A stretch of DNA of 64,000 nt from an uncultured Chloroflexia bacterium (GCA_963749705.1 CAVVNQ010000011.1:63634-127633), one strand, 5' to 3'; shown: positions 19,731-30,558, counted from the first letter of the stretch. Program-made: numbers and translations. Notes: a model not told the origin generated them from the letters alone.

Positions 19731-20400
19731 ATGACCACCCACCCGGTGCCCTTCGGTGTCGCGCGGCTCGCCGCGACCGGACGGACGCGGGCGTTCGACC
19801 TCGCCCTCGCGGGCTCGCTGCTCGCCGTGGCCGGCGGCGTGATCCTGATGGGGATCATCACCGCGGAGGCGCTCTACCCTGCCCCGTACGCCACGGGTGC
19901 CAACGAGATCAGCGACCTCGGTGGGACCCGTCCACCGGCCGGGATCGTCCTCCAGCCCTCGGCGGCGATCTTCGACCTGTCGATGATCGTGGTCGGACTG
20001 CTGCTCGCGGCGAGCGCGGTCTTCGTCCATCGGGCGTACGGGTTCCGCTCGGTGTCGCTCCCCATCGGCGTGCTCGGCCTGGCCGCGCTCGGCGTCGGCA
20101 TCTTCCCGGGCAACACCGGAGCGCCACACGCGATCTGCGCGATGGTCACGTTCGTTGCCGGTGGGATCGCCGCCGTCACCTCCGCCCGCGTCGTGAGCGG
20201 GCCGTTCCGACCTGCTCGTGATCCTGCTGGGGACGATCACCCTGGGCGTCCTGCTCACCTACCTGTTCCTCGGCGACGCGCACCCGATGGCGTCACTGGG
20301 GGTGGGCGGGATCGAGCGCTGGATCGTCTACCCGGTGGTGATCTGGATCATCGCGTTCGGCGGCTACCTGGCCGGACGCGAGCCTGTGGGCGAGGGGTGA
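19731..20400 (+). pseudogene. DUF998 membrane protein, frameshifted near 20210
   Basis: N-terminal part 'AEALYP...NEISDLG'. The C-terminal part 'GGIERWIVYP' continues in the +1 frame (20218-20400). Confidence 0.75.
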
Positions 20401-20404
20401 CCGG

Positions 20405-21172
20405 TCACAGCACCCGGCCGTACTGGCGCGCGGGAAGGATCGTGTAACCGAGCGCCCGCCAGAACGCGACCGCGCCCTCGTTGTCGTCGAGGACGATGAC
20501 GTTGACCTTGGGGCAGCCGAGGGCCCGCAGCCCGTCCTCGATCGCGGCGACGAGCTGTCGGGCGGTTCCTCGCCGCTGGTGATCCGGGTGGACCCCGACG
20601 TGGTAGATCCAGCCGCGCCGGCCATCCCAGCCGCCCAGCGCGGAGCCGACGATCGCGTCGTCGGCGGTCGCCACCAGCAGCAGCCCGGGGTTGCGCCGGG
20701 CCATGACCGCGAGCCCGGCATCGTCATCGCCCAGCGACCGGAGGTCCAGCAGGTCCCACAGCCCGCGGAGCGCCGGCCCGTCGGCGTCCTGCCATTCGCG
20801 GATCAGCACCGGCGGCTCGGGCGGCTCCGGCGGCTCGGGTTCGGGGGCCGGCTGGCCGGCGGGTGTCTCGTCGACGTCCGGCACGGCCGTCGCCGCCTCG
20901 CGCGGCGGCCTCGGCGGCAGGGCGGCCATCCTCGCGGCCAGGTCCGAGGTCGGAGCCGGCCCGCCACGCGCGATCTCGGCGGCCTCCCGTGCCGCGACCA
21001 GCGTCGCAAACGGCCCTCGCACGAGCGGCATCCCCAGCTCGTTGACCTGCTCCGCGTCGGTGAGCATCCAGCCGCCAGACGCCTGCTCGATGGCGAATCG
21101 CCCGTCACCCGTCGCATACAGGCCGGCCCCCTGTCGCTTGAAGGTCGCGGGTCCGACGGGCTGTCTCGGCAT
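20405..21172 (-). CDS. GNAT family acetyltransferase (YpeA-like) with extra N-terminal domain
   Basis: 'GWDGRRGWIYHVGVHP.HQRRGTA...GCPKVN...FWRALGY'; PEP linker. Confidence 0.88.
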   Translation of the reverse strand: MPRQPVGPATFKRQGAGLYATGDGRFAIEQASGGWMLTDAEQVNELGMPLVRGPFATLVAAREAAEIARGGPAPTSDLAARMAALPPRPPREAATAVPDVDETPAGQPAPEPEPPEPPEPPVLIREWQDADGPALRGLWDLLDLRSLGDDDAGLAVMARRNPGLLLVATADDAIVGSALGGWDGRRGWIYHVGVHPDHQRRGTARQLVAAIEDGLRALGCPKVNVIVLDDNEGAVAFWRALGYTILPARQYGRVL

Positions 21173-21235
21173 GCGCCAATGATCGCCCGTCCGGCGTCGC
21201 GCGTCCCGGGCGTTCGCCGGCGGTACAGTCCGGCG

Positions 21236-21898
21236 ATGGCCTCATCGACCCGCGCCTTCGTCCTCCGCCACACGCGGCTGCGGCCCGTGCCCGGGCTCGA
21301 GGACGTCAGCCTTCACCTGGCCGACGAGGTGCTTCCGCTGTGGCGGGCCGCGCAGCTGGAGACCGGGGACGAGGATGCCGCCCTGCCCTACTGGGCATTC
21401 GCCTGGGCGGGCGGCCTTGCGATCGGGCGCTACCTGCGTGACCGTCCCGATGCCGTCGCCGGTCGACGGGTGTTCGACCTCGCGTCCGGGTCGGGGCTGT
21501 GCGCGATCTCGGCGCTGCGGGCGGGCGCGCTCGAGGCAACGTGCGCCGACATCGATCCGTTCGCGGCGGCCGCCATCGCGCTCAATGCCCGCGCCGCCGG
21601 CCAGCGGGTCACGATCATTCACCGCGACGTGCTCGACGATGCCCCGCCCGAGGCCGACGTGATCCTCGCCGGCGACTGCTGGTACGACCCGCACCTCGCG
21701 GCCCGCGTCCTGCCGTGGCTGGTGCGGGCGCGCGCGCAGGGGATCGACGTCCTCGTCGGCGACCCCGGACGTCGATATCTGCCCACGGCCGATCTCGTCG
21801 AGCTTGCTCGCTACGAGGTGAGGACGACGACCGAGCTCGAGGACCTCGCACTCAAGGATGGGCGCGTGTACGGCCTCAGGCCCGCGGCCGGAGCCTGA
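21236..21898 (+). CDS. Class I SAM-dependent methyltransferase (METTL20/PrmA-like)
   Basis: 'PYWAFAWAGG', 'FDLASGSGL', 'LVGDPGRRYLP'. Confidence 0.9.
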   Translation: MASSTRAFVLRHTRLRPVPGLEDVSLHLADEVLPLWRAAQLETGDEDAALPYWAFAWAGGLAIGRYLRDRPDAVAGRRVFDLASGSGLCAISALRAGALEATCADIDPFAAAAIALNARAAGQRVTIIHRDVLDDAPPEADVILAGDCWYDPHLAARVLPWLVRARAQGIDVLVGDPGRRYLPTADLVELARYEVRTTTELEDLALKDGRVYGLRPAAGA

Positions 21899-21969
21899 CC
21901 CGCCGGACGCGCGGCTGCGGGGCGGGAGTCACCCGCCACCCTACTTGTGCGGGGTGCGATGATCCGCGC

Positions 21970-22173
21970 ATGGTCGAGTACGGACAGGGCGTCGGACAGG
22001 CGACGGGCGTCGGCGGTCAGGCAGGCGGGGGCGGCACGCAGGACCTCGGTGCCGGGGCTGCGGCGTTCGTCGACAACGCGATCCACACCGTGTCGGCGCT
22101 TCCCCCGGAGCAGCTGGTCCTGGTCCTGGTCGCGGTCCTGGCGGGCCTGATCATTCTTCGCCGGGCGTTCTGA
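21970..22173 (+). CDS. Small Gly-rich protein with C-terminal TM helix
   Basis: MVEYGQGVGQ...LVLVLVAVLAGLIILRRAF; fills the gap between genes. Confidence 0.6.
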   Translation: MVEYGQGVGQATGVGGQAGGGGTQDLGAGAAAFVDNAIHTVSALPPEQLVLVLVAVLAGLIILRRAF

Positions 22174-23482
22174 CGAGCGGGACCGCTCCCTCCTCCGGTT
22201 CGGCGAGCTGACCGACCTCCGCCGCCAGCGCCTCCGACACGCCGGGCGCGCCGATGGACGAGCTCGTCGCCTCGGGGCCCGCGTGCAGCGTGCGAACGCT
22301 CGGAATTGCCAGCATCGCGATCGTGATCGCGATGTTCAGGCCGCCGGCGATCAGCAGGCTCTCCCCCACCCCGATCACCTCCGACAGCGGGCCGATCAGC
22401 GCGTAGCCGATGGGGTTGAGCGCGACGGATCCGAACCAGTCGAACGAGCTGATCCGCGAGATGGCGTGCTCCGGGATCTTCTCCTGGAGCGTCGAGAACC
22501 AGACGGCGTTGCCGATCGCAAAACCGCCGCCGCTGACGAACGCGGTCGCGGTGATCGCCCACAGCGGTGCGCCGGCGCCGAGCAGGAGCACCTGGAACCC
22601 CGCGGGCAGGACGAGCAGCAGCAGGGCGATCAGCGGTCGAGAGAACCGGACGCGGAGCGCGACCAGGCCCCCGAGCAACGACCCCGCCGACTGGACGGCC
22701 AGGATCGCGCCCCAGGCACCGGCCCCGCCCAGCTGTGTCTTGGCGACGAACGGACCGAGCACCAGCAGGGCCGGGAAGAAGGTGAGCTGGAACAGCGAGA
22801 ACGAGGCCACGACGGCGACCAGCCAGGTCCGCGACGTGAACTCCTGCCATCCCTCGCGGAAGTCCGAGATCACGCTGCGCCCTGACACGCGCATGGTGCG
22901 CGGCAGGTCAACGCGCGCCAGCAGGATCGCGCTGACGGCGAACGTGAGGGCATCGGCACCCAGGGCCCAGGCCGGTGCGGCAGCCGCGACGATGATCGCC
23001 CCGATCGCGGGTCCCGCGATCGACGCCGTCGAGCCGGACAGGCCCAGCATCGCGTTGGCCTGCTGGAGCCGCGCGGGTCGAACCACCTGTGGCAGCAGCC
23101 CCTGGAATGCCGGCCGCCCGAACGCGTTGACGCCGCCGTAGACCACCTGGAGCAGCGCGACCGCGAGCAGCGAGGCGTTGCCCGTCAGCAGCAGGACGGC
23201 GGTCAATCCCTGCGCCACGCCGCGCAGGACGTCGGCGGAGACGAGGACGAGGTGCCGCGGCAGTCGGTCGCTCCAGACGCCGCCGAGCAGGAGCAGCACG
23301 ACCAGCGGGATCTCGCGCGCCAGGATCACGAACCCGAGGTCCGCGGGGCCGCCGAAATCGAGCACGGCGAACGCCAGCGCGATGTTGGCCATCTGGCTGC
23401 CAAAGGTCGACACGGTGCGGGCGCCGAACAGCAGCCGGAACCGTCGCTCGCGCAGCGGGTCGAGCTCAGCGGGAAGGTGCAT
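22151..23482 (-). CDS. MFS transporter (DHA3/EntS-like)
   Basis: Motif A 'GGVWSDRLPR'; about 12 TMs. Confidence 0.93.
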   Translation of the reverse strand: MHLPAELDPLRERRFRLLFGARTVSTFGSQMANIALAFAVLDFGGPADLGFVILAREIPLVVLLLLGGVWSDRLPRHLVLVSADVLRGVAQGLTAVLLLTGNASLLAVALLQVVYGGVNAFGRPAFQGLLPQVVRPARLQQANAMLGLSGSTASIAGPAIGAIIVAAAAPAWALGADALTFAVSAILLARVDLPRTMRVSGRSVISDFREGWQEFTSRTWLVAVVASFSLFQLTFFPALLVLGPFVAKTQLGGAGAWGAILAVQSAGSLLGGLVALRVRFSRPLIALLLLVLPAGFQVLLLGAGAPLWAITATAFVSGGGFAIGNAVWFSTLQEKIPEHAISRISSFDWFGSVALNPIGYALIGPLSEVIGVGESLLIAGGLNIAITIAMLAIPSVRTLHAGPEATSSSIGAPGVSEALAAEVGQLAEPEEGAVPLVRTPGEE

Positions 23483-23677
23483 TCGGGGGACGGTACTACA
23501 CGGGGGGTGCGTGTCCGGTCCACGGGCGGGCTCTGCCGTGGCCCGATCGACGGGCGCGTCGCTGACTGCCCGGCAGGCGCGTTTCGCCGGCGCGGCGTGC
23601 AGGCGGCCGCGCGGCCGTGCATCATCGCTGTCTGCACGCTCCAGGGCGCGATGCGCCCGCCAGCAGGGGGGCCTTCG

Positions 23678-25513
23678 ATGACGACTCCCGCGCCCGTCAC
23701 GGTGTCACCCGAAGCGCGAACCTCCGGGCGTCGCCGGCCGGGGCGCACGCGGATCGCCGTGATGGGGATCATCGGGGTCGTCGTGCTCGCCGCGGCCGGT
23801 CTGGTGATGTGGGACGCCGGCTACCAGGGCAGGGTCCTGCCGGGCGTCCGGGTCGGCACGGTGGACCTGTCCGGGCTCGACCGGGCGTCGGCGGCGCACG
23901 TGCTGGCAGCGGCGTACGACCTCGGGCAGGGACGCCTGATCCTGCACACGACGGCCGCGGGCAACATCGAGATCCCGTATTCGAAGCTCGGCCGGGAGGC
24001 CGACATCGACGGCATGGTCGAGGATGCGCTCAACGCCGGACGAGCCGGGTCGGTCCTCGTCCGTGCCTGGGCGGAGGTGACGCAGGCGGTGCGCGGGACG
24101 ACGCTCCAGCCCCGCCTGCGGCTCGACCACGCAACCCTTGCCGCGCCGATCTCCAGCGCGCTCCGGACCCTGGACCAGCCACCGGTCGATGCCACGGTTG
24201 CGATCGGGCCGGACGGGTTCGTGAGCACCCCGGCCCGCTCTGGGCGGATCGCCGACCCGGCCCCGGTGATCACCGCGGCCATCGACAGCCTGGGCCGGAT
24301 CGACGCCCCGGCGGAGGTCACCATCGCGGTCGGCCTGGGCATCGTGCCACCGGCCACCAGCGACTTTGCGGCAACCGTGGCGAGGGTCCGTGCCCGGCAG
24401 CTCATCGGCGACGTGACCGTGGTCTTCGGCAAGAGCTCATGGACGATCCCCGCCGCGACCGTCCGCAAGTGGGTGCGCTTCGTCGCAGGCCCCGGGGGGT
24501 CGGTATCACCCGCGGTCGACGCCACCCAGGTGAGCGGCGCCCTGGGAGCCGTCGGCAAGGGGGTGAAGCTCAAGCCCGCGTCCGCGACATTCCTGACCGC
24601 CAGGAGCGGCAAGGTCGTCGGTGTCGCGGCCGCCAGGAACGGCCGCCGCCTGGAGGTCGACGTCACGGTGGCCCGGATCGTCGACGAGCTCATGGCTCGC
24701 AGCCGCGGCCGACCGGCAGCCCCGGTGACGGCGATGACCGTGTCGGTCGCTCCCGACCTGACCACCGATGCCGCGACACGGACCGCGCCCCTGATGACCA
24801 GGCTGGGCACCTGGACCACGTGGTTCCCCATCGGGAGCAGCAACTACTACGGCGCCAACATCTGGCTGCCCGCCCAGATCATCAACGGGACCGTCCTCGC
24901 ACCCGGCCAGACGTTCGACTGGTGGCGCGCCGTGCTGCCCGTCAACACCGCCCGGGGGTTCGGTCCGGGCGGGGTGATCAAGACCAATCACACGGAGCCA
25001 ACGGGCGCGCTCGGCGGCGGCATGTGCTCGAGCTCCACCACGCTGTTCAATGCGGCCCTCCGAGCCGGGCTCCGGATGGGCGCACGCTCCAACCATCGCT
25101 ACTACATCTATCGCTACCCGGTGGGCCTCGACGCCACCGTCTCGATCATGGGCGGCGGCCGGCAGACGATGAGCTTCACCAACGACACGGGCCACCCCAT
25201 CCTGATCCGCGGGTTCAAGATTCGTGGATCCAACGGGCGCGGCTACGTTCGATACGAGATCTGGGGCATCGCCGACGGGCGCCAGGTCACGATCGGGCGC
25301 CCGGTGATCACCAACGTCCGCAAGGCGACCACCCGGACCGTCCTCGTCAGCACCCTCCGGACGGGCGTGCGCAAGCAGACCGAGTACGCGTCGAACGGCA
25401 TGGACGTGTCGGTGTCCCGGGTCGTCCGGGACGCCGCCGGCAAGGTCATCCACCACGACGTCTACCGCTCCCACTACGTCCTGTGGAACGGCCTGATCGA
25501 GGTTGGCGCGTAG
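23678..25513 (+). CDS. VanW family protein with N-terminal TM and peptidoglycan-binding-like repeats
   Basis: 'GV.VG.VDLSGL', 'GGGMCSSSTTLFNAALRAGL...NH', 'GLDATV'. Confidence 0.9.
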   Translation: MTTPAPVTVSPEARTSGRRRPGRTRIAVMGIIGVVVLAAAGLVMWDAGYQGRVLPGVRVGTVDLSGLDRASAAHVLAAAYDLGQGRLILHTTAAGNIEIPYSKLGREADIDGMVEDALNAGRAGSVLVRAWAEVTQAVRGTTLQPRLRLDHATLAAPISSALRTLDQPPVDATVAIGPDGFVSTPARSGRIADPAPVITAAIDSLGRIDAPAEVTIAVGLGIVPPATSDFAATVARVRARQLIGDVTVVFGKSSWTIPAATVRKWVRFVAGPGGSVSPAVDATQVSGALGAVGKGVKLKPASATFLTARSGKVVGVAAARNGRRLEVDVTVARIVDELMARSRGRPAAPVTAMTVSVAPDLTTDAATRTAPLMTRLGTWTTWFPIGSSNYYGANIWLPAQIINGTVLAPGQTFDWWRAVLPVNTARGFGPGGVIKTNHTEPTGALGGGMCSSSTTLFNAALRAGLRMGARSNHRYYIYRYPVGLDATVSIMGGGRQTMSFTNDTGHPILIRGFKIRGSNGRGYVRYEIWGIADGRQVTIGRPVITNVRKATTRTVLVSTLRTGVRKQTEYASNGMDVSVSRVVRDAAGKVIHHDVYRSHYVLWNGLIEVGA

Positions 25514-25586
25514 CCCGACCGGCCCGCCGGTACCATCAGGGTCGTGACGCCGGGTCGCCCCGCCCGTCCGATAGCTGGAGGCCCAG

Positions 25587-26624
25587 ATGCGCTTTGGGTA
25601 CGGGCTGCTCACCGCCCAGCACCATCCGTCCGATCCCCGACCGGTGGCCGAGCTGTATCGCGAGGCGATCGAGTATGGCGTGCTGGCCGAGGCCGCCGGG
25701 TTTGACAGCGTCTGGACCAGCGAGCACCACTTCGTCGACGACGGCTACATGTCGGCGCAGCTGCCGGTCCTGGCGGCGATCGCGGCACGGACTGAACGGA
25801 TCCGGCTGGGGACCGGCGTCCTGCTGGCACCCCTGTTCGATCCCCTGCGGCTCGCCGAGGATGCGGCGACCGTCGACCTGATCTCCGGCGGCCGGCTGAT
25901 CCTCGGCCTGGCGATCGGATGGCGCGACGAGGAGTTCGAGGGGTTCGACACCTCCACGCGCTCGCGGGGTGCCCGCCTGGAGGCGACGATCGGCGTCCTG
26001 CGCCAGGCATGGGGCGACGGGCTGACCACCGGTGACGGCGTGACGTTCCGCTATCCGGCGCCGGGGCTCAACGTCACGCCCAAGCCGGTCCGCGGCGCGG
26101 CGACACCGATCTGGGTCGGCGCCGGAGCGGAGCCCGCCGTCCGACGCGCGGGGCGCATCGCCGACGGCTACCTGGGCAGTGGCGCATCGCCGGAGGCGCT
26201 CGCCGACCGTGCCCGCTGGGTCCGCGACGCGGCCGGAACGGCCGGCCGGGACCCGGACGCGATCGAGATCGCCGTCCACCGGACGACCTTCGCCTGGCGC
26301 GATGGCGACGCATGGCAGCGCGTCGGCGATGCGGCCCGGTACATGAGCTGGAAGTACGCCGACATGGGAGCCGCGCGCGGCTCCACCCGTCGTTCCCTGC
26401 CGGACCCGGGCGACGCTCCCTCGCCCGACGACGTCCGGTCGCGGATGCTGGTCGGTTCGCCTGAGGCGGTCGCGGACGGCATTCGCGCCTACGCCGCCAC
26501 GCTCGGCCCATCCGGTTCGTTCGTGTTCCGGACGCACTTCCCGGGGCTCGATCCGGGCGTGCAGCGCGAGGCATTCGATGTCCTCGTGGAGGACGTGATC
26601 CCGTTGCTCCGCGACGCGCGATAG
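25587..26624 (+). CDS. LLM class flavin-dependent oxidoreductase
   Basis: 'WTSEHHF', 'PLRLAEDAATVDLISGGRL'. Confidence 0.93.
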   Translation: MRFGYGLLTAQHHPSDPRPVAELYREAIEYGVLAEAAGFDSVWTSEHHFVDDGYMSAQLPVLAAIAARTERIRLGTGVLLAPLFDPLRLAEDAATVDLISGGRLILGLAIGWRDEEFEGFDTSTRSRGARLEATIGVLRQAWGDGLTTGDGVTFRYPAPGLNVTPKPVRGAATPIWVGAGAEPAVRRAGRIADGYLGSGASPEALADRARWVRDAAGTAGRDPDAIEIAVHRTTFAWRDGDAWQRVGDAARYMSWKYADMGAARGSTRRSLPDPGDAPSPDDVRSRMLVGSPEAVADGIRAYAATLGPSGSFVFRTHFPGLDPGVQREAFDVLVEDVIPLLRDAR

Positions 26625-27227
26625 GTGGGGCGCGTGCCCGATCGCGACCGGCGATGGGTCGCCCTGGTCCCATTCGCCATGATCGTCGTCCTGGCCGGCG
26701 CGATCGCGATCTCGGGCCGGCCGGACCCGGACGGGCAACCGGCGGGATCGCCCACGCCGGCCGGCTCATCGCTCCTCCCTGGCCGATCCGTCGCGACGAA
26801 CGCTCCGGGCGCCCCAGCGACACCCGGTCGATCGCACGGTCCCGACGAACAGGCGTTCGCGGACGCGTTCCTCGCCCTCGCCGACGAGCACAACCGGGCG
26901 TGCACCGAGATCCTGCTTGCCAACCCGCTTGCGGAGTTCGACCTCGTGGGTGCCCGCCTGACCGACCAGGTCATCGAGACGCGAAGCCGACTGGCCTCGC
27001 TGCCCAGGCTCGAGCTGACGAGCACGCTGGTCGGTGACCTGGACTCGGCGATCGCCGACACCATCGCCCTGCTGGAAGCCGTCGACCCGCACGGGCCACG
27101 GGTCGATCAGGCCACGGCGTACCAGGCCGCGCTCGACCACTGGGTCGCGCACGTCCTGCCGGTCGCAAACGAGATCCGGGCCGTGGTCGGGCTCCCGGAC
27201 GCGACGACCGGCGACCTGCAGCTCTAG
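26625..27227 (+). CDS. Hypothetical membrane-anchored/secreted helical protein
   Basis: N-terminal hydrophobic segment, Pro-rich linker, helical C-terminal domain; starts directly after the LLM stop. Confidence 0.6.
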   Translation: MGRVPDRDRRWVALVPFAMIVVLAGAIAISGRPDPDGQPAGSPTPAGSSLLPGRSVATNAPGAPATPGRSHGPDEQAFADAFLALADEHNRACTEILLANPLAEFDLVGARLTDQVIETRSRLASLPRLELTSTLVGDLDSAIADTIALLEAVDPHGPRVDQATAYQAALDHWVAHVLPVANEIRAVVGLPDATTGDLQL

Positions 27228-27362
27228 CGCAGGTCGCCGGTCGCTCTCCTCCACTTGCCGACGCCCGGACGAACCGGGGAGCCGGGAGGTCAGTGTGCGA
27301 CACCCTCCGACGCCGGCCCCCCGTCAGCCGGAATGTCGGAGACGCTCATCGCCGGGTTGCGT

Positions 27363-28439
27363 CTACGGGACCAGGAGGTCGGTCATCCGGTGGACGTGCG
27401 CCTTGTCACAGGTCGCGCCCAGGCAGCCGAGGTGCCAGGCATCCTGGATGGTGCCCAGCAGCGAGTAGTGGTTGTAGGGCCGGCTGGACTGCCGCGCACC
27501 ATCGTGGGTCGACGAGATCACGAGCGTGACGACGTGGCCGCCACCGGGGTTCGCGGTGCAGCAGCCACTGGTGTCACCGAACCCGAAATCGCTCGAAGAT
27601 CCGGTGTAGTCACTCTCGTCCCAGGTGACGAAGATGACCGAGTTCTGGCTCCACACGGGCGAGCTCATGATCATCCCCACCGTGTCCGCGAGGAACGTAT
27701 CCCCGGCCGCGACCAGGCCGTGGTTGAGCTCGCCTGCCGGCGGATAGCGGCAGTCCGTGTCGGCGCTGACGCCCGGGTCGATGTACCGCCCGTGCATGTC
27801 ATGGCACTGGTCGGGGGCGATGAAGCTGTAGTTCGCAACGGTGCCGCTGGCGAGGTCCGTGGCCAGCTGTGAGAAGTCCACGACATTTGCCATCCGGGCC
27901 GCGTCGTTCTGCACGTCCAGGTACGAGACGAACGGGTTGTGCTTGCGCTCGTACAGGTCCTGATTGATCGTGCCGGCTGCGCCGCACGAGTGGGCGAGCT
28001 TGTCGCCGTTGCACAGGTCCAGCGCCTGCTGGTAGTCGGTCCACGTCTTCCCGTGCGACTCGAGCTGGTCGACGATGTTCACCGCGTTGATGTTGACGTC
28101 GTTGTCATCGGCGACTCCATGGGTCGAGCCGGATGTCACCGCGACGTAGTTGGGCTGGCTCGGGTGCGTCACGCCGTAGTAGCTGCTCGCAAACCCGTAC
28201 GTGCCGGCGGCCTGGTTGATCCACGGCGCGTCCGCCGTGTTCCCGATCAGGCTGTCGGAGCCGGTGTTCTCCATCATGATCACGAACACGTGATCGAAGT
28301 TCTGCCATGACTGGCTGTGCGCGCTCGACTGACCGTTCGCGGCCGAGACTGCGCCCGCCTGGGCGGCGAAGATCCCGGCGACGATCAGGGCAAGCGTGGT
28401 TCGCTTCCGAATCCCTGCACGACTGGTTCTGGGACGCAT
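27363..28439 (-). CDS. Secreted phosphoesterase family (acid phosphatase-like) protein
   Basis: Signal peptide; 'HVFVIMMEN', 'HPSQPNY', 'RKHNPF', 'CHDMH', 'TWDE', 'YNHYSLL'. Confidence 0.92.
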   Translation of the reverse strand: MRPRTSRAGIRKRTTLALIVAGIFAAQAGAVSAANGQSSAHSQSWQNFDHVFVIMMENTGSDSLIGNTADAPWINQAAGTYGFASSYYGVTHPSQPNYVAVTSGSTHGVADDNDVNINAVNIVDQLESHGKTWTDYQQALDLCNGDKLAHSCGAAGTINQDLYERKHNPFVSYLDVQNDAARMANVVDFSQLATDLASGTVANYSFIAPDQCHDMHGRYIDPGVSADTDCRYPPAGELNHGLVAAGDTFLADTVGMIMSSPVWSQNSVIFVTWDESDYTGSSSDFGFGDTSGCCTANPGGGHVVTLVISSTHDGARQSSRPYNHYSLLGTIQDAWHLGCLGATCDKAHVHRMTDLLVP

Positions 28440-28623
28440 GCGATTCCTCCTGGGGCCACCGGTTCGCGCTCATCCGTCGGTGGGGCTGGGGACGTGGGTG
28501 TCGATTGTCCCCTGAAGACCTGTCCGTCGTGGTTGCATATCCGCATCACCACCGATCGTGGGCCGATCAGCGGAACGTTGCATCCGCCTTTCAGCGGTGC
28601 CAGGGCGCACCGCAAAACGCCGT

Positions 28624-30486
28624 TCAGCCGGCGAGATCGGCCCCGGCCAGCGTGGCCCGCCTCGGTTCGCCCGCCTCGACCGCGGGCGTCGCACGCTCCG
28701 TGAACTGGAGCCGGTACAGCCGCGCGTAGATCCCGTCACGGGTCATCAGCTCGTCGTGCGTGCCCAGCTCGGCCAGCCAGCCGTCGTCGAGGACGGCGAT
28801 CCGGTGGGCGCCGCGGACCGTCGACAGCCGGTGGGCGATGATGATCGTCGTCCGGCCGGTCATCAGGTGGTCGAGCGCCTCCTGGACGAGGCGCTCCGAT
28901 TCGTTGTCCAGCGAGCTCGTCGCCTCGTCCAGCAGCAGGATCGGCGGGTCCTTGAGGATCGCCCGGGCGATCGCGATCCGCTGGCGCTGACCCCCCGACA
29001 GCCGCGAGCCACGATCGCCGACGGGCGTCTCGTATCCCAGCTCCATCGCGCTGATGAAGTCGTGGGCGTTCGCGGCGCGCGCCGCCGCGCGAACCTCGTC
29101 ATCGGACGCGTCCGGGCGTCCGTACCGGATGTTGTCGACGACCGAGCCGCCGAACAGGGTCGCCTCCTGCGGCACCAGCCCGATCTGGCTGCGCAGGCTG
29201 GCGGTGGTCACGTCCCGGACGTCATGCCCGTCGAGCCGGATCGTCCCCGAGCTCACGTCCCACAGTCGGGGCAGCAGGCCGACCAGCGTGGTCTTGCCCG
29301 ACCCGGATGGCCCCACCAGCGCGACCACCTCGCCCGGGGCGATGTCGAGCGTGAGGTCGCGGATGACGGCGCGGCTGCCGTCGTAGCTGAACGTCACGCC
29401 TTCGAGCGCGATCCGGCCCGCGACCGGCCCGATGGCTGTCGCATGCGGTGCGTCGACGATGGTCGGGACGGTGTCGATGATCTCGAACACGCGCGCGACT
29501 GCGCCGGTTCCCTCCCGGAACTGTCCGTACAGGCTGGCGATCGTGGCCAGGCTGGCACCGATCGTGACCCCGTAAAGCAGGAACCCCGTCAGCGTCCCGA
29601 TCCCAAGGGTGCCCTCGATCACCCGGTGCCCCGTGAACCACAGCAGCACGGCGATCGCGCCGTAGCCCAGGAAGCCCATCAACCCGCCAAACCCGGCGCG
29701 CCACAGCGCCAGCCGCGAACCGGCCGCGACGACCCCGGTGAGGTCGGCCCGGTATCGCTCGACCTCCCACGTCTCGCGGACGTAGCTCTCGACGACGCGG
29801 ATGCCGGACAACGCCTCCTCGGCGGTCGCCGTGCTCCGGGCGATCGCATCCTGAACCTCGGTGCTCACCCGCTGGAGCGGGCGACCGAACACGAGCGCGA
29901 CGAAGATCAGCGCCGGCGCGAGGACCAGCGCGATCGCGAGCAGCATCGGGCTGAGCGTGAACAGGATCACGATCGCCCCGATCAGCCCGATCAGCGACGA
30001 CAGGAGCGCCGTGGTCGTCTGGGTGAGCAGGGTCCGGATCAGCGTCACGTCGCTCGACAGCCGCGAGACCAGCTCGCCCACCCGGTTGCGCGCGTGGAAG
30101 TCCAGCGACAGCGTGACCAGCCTCGCGAACAGCTCGCTGCGGAGCTGGGCGACCACCCGCTCCCCCACCACGCCCAGCAGGTAGGACTGGATGAACCCGC
30201 CGAGCGACTGGGCGAGGAACAGGATGACCAGGCCGACCAGCAGCCGGTCGAGCCCCGCGGCGTCACCGCCGGCGATGACCGAGGTGACCAGCCCGGCGAC
30301 GACCAGCGGCACCATGAGCGCGAGCCCGGATCCCAGCAGCAACCCGCCGATCGCCACCGAGAACGGGAGCAGGTGGGGACGCAGGTAGCCCAGCAGGCGG
30401 CGCCACGGCACGCCACCCAGGCCGCGGACGCGGCGCGCGACCTCGCCCGGTGAGGGCGGGACCGTGACCGGGGCCAAGGGGTCCAT
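28624..30486 (-). CDS. ABC exporter, fused permease/ATPase (MsbA-like)
   Basis: TM domain plus GPSGSGKT, LSGGQRQR, LDEATS. Confidence 0.95.
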   Translation of the reverse strand: MDPLAPVTVPPSPGEVARRVRGLGGVPWRRLLGYLRPHLLPFSVAIGGLLLGSGLALMVPLVVAGLVTSVIAGGDAAGLDRLLVGLVILFLAQSLGGFIQSYLLGVVGERVVAQLRSELFARLVTLSLDFHARNRVGELVSRLSSDVTLIRTLLTQTTTALLSSLIGLIGAIVILFTLSPMLLAIALVLAPALIFVALVFGRPLQRVSTEVQDAIARSTATAEEALSGIRVVESYVRETWEVERYRADLTGVVAAGSRLALWRAGFGGLMGFLGYGAIAVLLWFTGHRVIEGTLGIGTLTGFLLYGVTIGASLATIASLYGQFREGTGAVARVFEIIDTVPTIVDAPHATAIGPVAGRIALEGVTFSYDGSRAVIRDLTLDIAPGEVVALVGPSGSGKTTLVGLLPRLWDVSSGTIRLDGHDVRDVTTASLRSQIGLVPQEATLFGGSVVDNIRYGRPDASDDEVRAAARAANAHDFISAMELGYETPVGDRGSRLSGGQRQRIAIARAILKDPPILLLDEATSSLDNESERLVQEALDHLMTGRTTIIIAHRLSTVRGAHRIAVLDDGWLAELGTHDELMTRDGIYARLYRLQFTERATPAVEAGEPRRATLAGADLAG

Positions 30487-30558
30487 CGGTTGATCATGCC
30501 ATGCAGCGAACCGGCCGAATGGGCCGAACGCCCCCTGCGGTCGGGCGGCGGTGGATCC

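Noticed and set aside
23678-25513. VanW as evidence of vancomycin resistance
   Set aside because: No vanHAX or vanRS is present, and stand-alone VanW-domain proteins are common.
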